A stretch of 51,852 nucleotides of DNA. Source: Umezawaea sp. (GTDB taxonomy: Bacteria; Actinomycetota; Actinomycetes; Mycobacteriales; Pseudonocardiaceae). The stretch is taken from the NCBI GenBank assembly GCA_039922235.1, contig JBDSAJ010000990.1, positions 1 to 51,852 on the forward strand. Direction: 5' to 3'. The stretch's first letter is position 1, and each line of letters begins with the position of its first letter. Below are positions 47,526 through 51,852 of the stretch, one piece after another. Made by a program: the position numbers and the translations under genes. The notes under the pieces were generated by a model that was given only the letters and a program-made list of their open reading frames with translations, was not told the DNA's origin and made no database searches.

Positions 47526-48995
47526 TCACCACTCGTCCTCGTCGAAGTCGTCCCACGCGCGGGCGTCCACGAGGAACCCGTCACTGGTCTTGTTGGCGTC
47601 GCGGTAGAGCTGCGCGCGGTGCAGCGACATGACGAACGCAACCGCCAAGTCGATATGCCGCTTGCTACTCGGGCTTTCCTTGGTGATGCGCTCCCCGCGG
47701 TTGTCGGACTTGACCACCGCGTTGCCGATGTGGCGGGCGAGTTCGGGTTGTCCCGAGTGCGTGATCAGCCCGTCGACCACGGCCGCATACGCGCCCTGCG
47801 TGGCGGGAACCATGCGCGCGACCGAGTTCGGGAACTCGACCAAGGGCAATCCCTCGTCGGCGAGCATCTGCGCTTGAACCGAGAACCACGCGGGGTCGAA
47901 CCCGACCTCGACCACGGCGAACATCGCGCAGATTTCGCGCACCCGTTCCATGACCTCGTAAATCGGCGTGCGCCAATGCGGGTCATCGGGGTCGGCTTCC
48001 CAGTGCGCCAGCACCTCGACGTGAAGGTCACGCAGACGGACACCGACCACGGCGGTCGAGTCGTTGCGCCATGCCGCGTCGAGACCGACGAGGATGACGT
48101 CATTGGGCTGGAAAGCCTTGTCCTGTCGGGCGAGCTTGTCCCAAGCGCCGTGCGGAAGCCACGCCGCGCCGCCACGGACGAACTGATTCAACCTGTACAT
48201 CCGGAAATTCGCCTCGGGCGTGCGCTTGACCGAGGCCGCGAAATCCGCGTGATTCATGATCTGCCACGAGGGGTTACAGCGCTGCCACACCTCGGGATCG
48301 GTGTGGTCGACCTCTTCGCCTGGTGCGACGCCGAACCACATGGACCAGAACGAAGGGTCGTCCTCTTCGCCGGACTGGACCCGGTTGCCGTGATCGACCA
48401 GCTTCGCGAACGGGCCGTCTGGATACGGTCCCGCAGTCGAGATGACCAGGAACATCGGTTCATTGCGCTGCGCAGAACCGAGGGTGAGCGCGTCGAACAA
48501 GTCGCTGTTCTTGGCCTGCGCGTACTCGTCCATCACGACGAACGTGGGGTTCAACCCCTGCTGTAGACCCGCGTCGGCGGACACGGTCGTGAACACGCCG
48601 CCCGTGGCATGGCACGTGATCCGGTCACGGTGGACGGTGCACATGTCCTTGAGAACCGGGCTCATGAGCACCATGCGCCGCGCCTCGCGGAACAACAGCC
48701 TTGCCTGTTCGCGGGTGTTCGCCGCGCACACGACCTCGGGCGCAGAGTCGCGGGTGTCCGCGCACAGGTGGTAGAGCGCGAGGGCCGCCGCCAATTGGGT
48801 TTTGCCGTTCTTGCGGGCGATCCCGAGTACGGCGGTCCTGTGCTTTCGAGTGCCGTCGGGGTTCAGCCGGTACAGGTCGTCGATGACCCGCTTTTGCCAC
48901 GCCAGCAACAGAAACCGGCGACCGAGGTAGGAGCCGCCGAGGGTGAGGTGTTGGACGAAACGACGAACGCGGCGACCCTCAGTACGAATACGCAA
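47526..48995 (-). CDS. terL: Terminase large subunit
   Basis: WQ, ARKNGKT, VMDE, ISTAG, GLD, HIDLAVA. Confidence 0.96.
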   Translation of the reverse strand: MRIRTEGRRVRRFVQHLTLGGSYLGRRFLLLAWQKRVIDDLYRLNPDGTRKHRTAVLGIARKNGKTQLAAALALYHLCADTRDSAPEVVCAANTREQARLLFREARRMVLMSPVLKDMCTVHRDRITCHATGGVFTTVSADAGLQQGLNPTFVVMDEYAQAKNSDLFDALTLGSAQRNEPMFLVISTAGPYPDGPFAKLVDHGNRVQSGEEDDPSFWSMWFGVAPGEEVDHTDPEVWQRCNPSWQIMNHADFAASVKRTPEANFRMYRLNQFVRGGAAWLPHGAWDKLARQDKAFQPNDVILVGLDAAWRNDSTAVVGVRLRDLHVEVLAHWEADPDDPHWRTPIYEVMERVREICAMFAVVEVGFDPAWFSVQAQMLADEGLPLVEFPNSVARMVPATQGAYAAVVDGLITHSGQPELARHIGNAVVKSDNRGERITKESPSSKRHIDLAVAFVMSLHRAQLYRDANKTSDGFLVDARAWDDFDEDEW

Positions 48996-49010
48996 GGGAT
49001 CACCCGCCGC

Positions 49011-49472
49011 TCATTCGTCGTCGTCGTCATCCCTTCCGCCGAGGATGTCCGCGAGGGTGGTCTTGGTGACCGAGCTGGCCGCGATGCCGAGGCGCAACCG
49101 CGCCTCAAGGCTCAAACCGAGGACCGCCTCAATCGCCCGCATCTCCCGCTCAGTCGTCTCGACGTGACGCAACGCGGGGTGCATGACCGTCTGGCCGGTA
49201 CTGCCGACCGTGGTGAGCCCGTCCTCGTCGATGAGGCCCAGCAGCTCGGCCCGCCGATCGTGCAGCGCGCAGTAGCGCTCGATGACGTACCGGTCGGTGT
49301 GCGGGTTGTACGCGCCCTGTCCGGCCGCCCACACCTGCCGCCACACCTCACGCCCCTCGGTGCCGAGCGATGCGGGAACGCGGGGTGCGCGTCCGGTGTG
49401 GACGGTCGGTGCCGCTGTCACGTCCATAGGGCCGCGCGGGTTGCCAGTTGGGTTCGCACCGACGCGCGACAT
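49011..49472 (-). CDS. terS: Terminase small subunit (P27 family)
   Basis: P..LG.EG..VW, ERYC, HPAL, LGLSLEARLRL. Confidence 0.9.
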   Translation of the reverse strand: MSRVGANPTGNPRGPMDVTAAPTVHTGRAPRVPASLGTEGREVWRQVWAAGQGAYNPHTDRYVIERYCALHDRRAELLGLIDEDGLTTVGSTGQTVMHPALRHVETTEREMRAIEAVLGLSLEARLRLGIAASSVTKTTLADILGGRDDDDDE

Positions 49473-49559
49473 CGCTTTCACCTCAACAGGAGATCCATTG
49501 ACCGCGTGTCAATTTTCGACAAAGATGTCTTAATCGCCGACCAGACCACAAGGCGCAAG

Positions 49560-49598
49560 GTTGGTAACGTTGGTACGGTTGGTAACGTTGGTACCGTT
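49560..49598. repeat. 9-bp tandem repeat GTTGGTA(AC/CG/CC) x4
   Basis: GTTGGTAAC GTTGGTACG GTTGGTAAC GTTGGTACC GTT. Confidence 0.85.
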
Positions 49599-49670
49599 AA
49601 TAGGTGCGGTAAGGCGATAGTGCGATAATGCGATTAGGCATTCTGCCACCGCATGTGCCATTTTGAGGGC

Positions 49671-49988
49671 GTGTCATCTACCGCCGTCGCTGCCAGCGTC
49701 ATTGCAGCCGTACCAGTCGCAATGCTCGTGGTCGCGCTGCGCGGTGCCGAGCCGGGCGAACGTGCCGAGATCATCAAGGCGTTAGCCGTACTCGTGCGCG
49801 CCTTGCGATCTAGTACCCCACGTACCCGCGCCCAGCGCGAACCCCGAGCACTCCCGGAACGGAACTCTCCGAGCCGTAGCGCCCGCGCGCGTAGCGAACT
49901 CCCGCAACGATCGAGTCGACCGGGTGGAACGGGTCGCCGTAACCAGGCAACGACCACCGATCAAACGTCGGCTGAATCGCCTGAATGA
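49671..49988 (+). CDS. Possible small membrane protein, antisense to the late operon
   Basis: Hydrophobic N-terminus then ALRGAEPGERAEIIKAL; TGcGATAAT upstream; overlaps the SLT gene tail. Confidence 0.35.
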   Translation: MSSTAVAASVIAAVPVAMLVVALRGAEPGERAEIIKALAVLVRALRSSTPRTRAQREPRALPERNSPSRSARARSELPQRSSRPGGTGRRNQATTTDQTSAESPE

Positions 49989-50418
49989 GTCCCTTGGACG
50001 GCGTGCCCGCCGCAGCGTTTGAGTCCCAATCGTTTACGACACAAGGGTTTCCCGACGACTCATACCGGATGATCAGCAGCACCGCCGCGCGGTCGATGAT
50101 CGGGCTCTCACCGACGAACACCAACGCGGCCGACGCCTGATCAACCCACCGCTCAAGATCCTCGGGCGGCGCGACGCCACACGAGGGCTTGCCGTCCTTC
50201 GCGCTCGACGGCGGCGAGGGTTCAGGGGGTGGCGGTGCAGGTGCCACCGTGGACGGGCTCTGCGTCGGCTCGATGTCGGTCAACCCTGGGATCGGCGGGT
50301 ACGGCTGGACGACCTCGGGGACATGCTCGGTGCGCCGAGGCGCGGCCGAGTTCAGTGCGGGAATCAACGCGGCCAGCAGGACAACAACACCCGCGAGAGC
50401 GAGCAGCCGAGGAAGCAC
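49810..50418 (-). CDS. Exported lytic transglycosylase (SLT domain)
   Basis: N-terminal hydrophobic segment, Pro-rich linker, ESSGNP...WDSNA..GTPSKGLIQ...PTF...YARGRYG. Confidence 0.88.
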   Translation of the reverse strand: MLPRLLALAGVVVLLAALIPALNSAAPRRTEHVPEVVQPYPPIPGLTDIEPTQSPSTVAPAPPPPEPSPPSSAKDGKPSCGVAPPEDLERWVDQASAALVFVGESPIIDRAAVLLIIRYESSGNPCVVNDWDSNAAAGTPSKGLIQAIQPTFDRWSLPGYGDPFHPVDSIVAGVRYARGRYGSESSVPGVLGVRAGRGYVGY

Positions 50419-50439
50419 TTGCGTACCTCCTCGGGTGTG

Positions 50440-50512
50440 CTCCCCCGCCTGGACTCGAACCAGGAACCCGCCCCTTAACAGGGGGCCGCTCTGCCACTTG
50501 AGCTACGGGGGA
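50440..50512 (-). tRNA. tRNA-Asn(GTT), prophage-encoded
   Basis: TCCCCCG/CGGGGGA acceptor stem, GCCCC-CTGTTAA-GGGGC anticodon arm, GTTCGAGT T loop; CCA not encoded. Confidence 0.92.
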
Positions 50513-50560
50513 AGGTGCGACCGGCACGCGGTCGCGGTCGCGGTCGCGGGATGGTGGATG

Positions 50561-51268
50561 TCAGCGGAAGAGGGCCGCCCAGTCGTCGAACCACACCTCG
50601 CCGAACCGGGTGGTTCGGGGCATGGCCGCGCGCTGCCAGGTGGTGACTGCGTCCGCAGTTTCCTGCTCGTACAGGCCATCGGCCCACTCGGCGTAGCCGG
50701 GAGCGAATCCCTTGTGCTGCAACGCCTTCTGAATTCGGACGATGTGCGGACGCTCGGCCGGGTAGTAGCCGCCGTGGCTCTGGTCCGGGCCGCTGATCAG
50801 ACCAAAGTAGTGGTGAATCGGCAGCGGGAACGGAGGCGGGCCAGGCGTCGCGACGCCGAGCATCGGAACGTTCCACGGCCGCGTGTCGTCGTACGAGTTG
50901 TCGGCCATGATCGACAGGTGCACGTGCGAGGTGTGCGGGTTCGCGCCGTAGTACCGAACCCACTGCCACGGGTTGAACTGCGGTCGGCTGTCGAGAATCC
51001 AGCCGTTCGCGATGATGTACTTGATGCGCGGATCGCGGCTTGCGGCCAACTGGTCCGTGAACTTGTCGATGTCGAACCCGACACTCGGGTCATGGGTCCA
51101 GTCGGCCGCCGTGACCACGCCGGGGCCGAACCACGGGTTGTGGTCCGAGTCGCTGCTCTGGTGGTTCGCGTCGCCGATGTAGCCGTCACTCGCGCGGTTG
51201 CGGTTGGGGAACGCCGCGTCGATCTGGTCGCGCAGGGTCAGCAGGGATTGAGCAACACGCCAACTCAT
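50561..51268 (-). CDS. Endolysin (zinc peptidase-like domain plus peptidoglycan-binding domain)
   Basis: SDHNP...AAD...HTSHVHLS; C-terminal IQKAL...ADGLY...T..AV..WQ. Confidence 0.8.
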   Translation of the reverse strand: MSWRVAQSLLTLRDQIDAAFPNRNRASDGYIGDANHQSSDSDHNPWFGPGVVTAADWTHDPSVGFDIDKFTDQLAASRDPRIKYIIANGWILDSRPQFNPWQWVRYYGANPHTSHVHLSIMADNSYDDTRPWNVPMLGVATPGPPPFPLPIHHYFGLISGPDQSHGGYYPAERPHIVRIQKALQHKGFAPGYAEWADGLYEQETADAVTTWQRAAMPRTTRFGEVWFDDWAALFR

Positions 51269-51672
51269 GAGGCACCTCTGTTCTGTCTCGGGGGTAGGCC
51301 GGATCGGGCAGGCAGCCGAACCGGCCGACCCGCGAAACATCCGCACGCGCTACGCCTCGCCGCCGAATGCGGGGACGGGGACTCCTACGCGGTGAGCACG
51401 TGCCGGAAGAGGACCGGTCCGACCGGGGAGCGCGAGCGCGTCACGCGGAGAGAGGAGCGCGCGACACGAGAGGGCTCGACCCGGTCGGACCGGCCGAATA
51501 CCCCGGCTTCAGCGCGGTTAGCGCCTACTAACGGGGTGTTTGAGGGGCGTTCAGCGACCACTAAACGAGGCGTTTAGCGAGGATCTGCTCAACCCTGTAG
51601 CCCGCTTCCCGCTGGTCAGCGGGCGCGGCAAGATCATCAAAAATTAGGATCGCACTCAGGGCGCGTGAGAAA

Positions 51673-51682
51673 AGGGGCCGGG
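51673..51682 (-). other. Candidate cos site CCCGGCCCCT
   Basis: Lies in a GGGTGGGGTCAAAGTT...CCCGGCCCC-TTTT context upstream of the late operon. Confidence 0.5.
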
Positions 51683-51852
51683 GTGTCCGTCCACCCCAAA
51701 ATGCAGGAACTTTGACCCCACCCTCCAGGGGGATTTCAAAGTTTGTGATCTTTGTGTGAAGTCCGTTGGTGACCCGATCCGCATCGGGGTCCGGACATAA
51801 AGAGTGGCCCCTCACCTGCGATGATGTTGGTTCCTACGCCATAATCATCACA

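Larger units (their letters stand above)
13568..51852 (-). mobile_element. Temperate siphovirus prophage (phiC31-like early region, HK97-type head), continuing past the window end
   Basis: Terminase-portal-capsid-tail module, replication genes and RDF; boundary lies inside the antiporter gene. Confidence 0.95.

Noticed and set aside
50440-50512. tRNA-Asn as the prophage attachment site
   Set aside because: Phage genes lie on both sides, no duplicated 3' end was seen, and the boundary is in the antiporter gene
51561-51815. 84-aa ORF as a packaging HNH gene
   Set aside because: No HNH motif, and it spans the candidate cos region

Overview
High-GC actinomycete chromosome with three parts. (1) 1-~5950 is the end of an actinomycete integrative element (AICE-like): GGDEF, prim-pol, DUF4031, C5 DNA methyltransferase, DUF3987 Rep-like protein, an inverted-repeat block and a tyrosine integrase, ending at tRNA-Pro(GGG). 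(2) ~6160-13567 is core chromosome: a two-component system, der, an acyltransferase, cmk, aroH, DUF1015 and a khtT/khtU-like pair. The antiporter gene is cut at ~13567. (3) ~13568 to the window end is a temperate siphovirus prophage, mostly on the - strand, with phiC31-like features: a gp3-like RDF, primase-helicase, Pol I, a sigma-like factor, an HK97 head, a tail, tRNA-Asn and a candidate cos. No prophage integrase lies in the window. The most notable observations are these. Both C5 methyltransferase genes are dual-coded, and in the AICE the motif-IX frame runs without a stop into the Rep protein. The prophage encodes an RbpA paralogue as well as its own sigma factor. Two families of palindromic operator-like repeats are dispersed and interleaved across the prophage. 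All protein calls come from motif recognition by eye; no searches were run.
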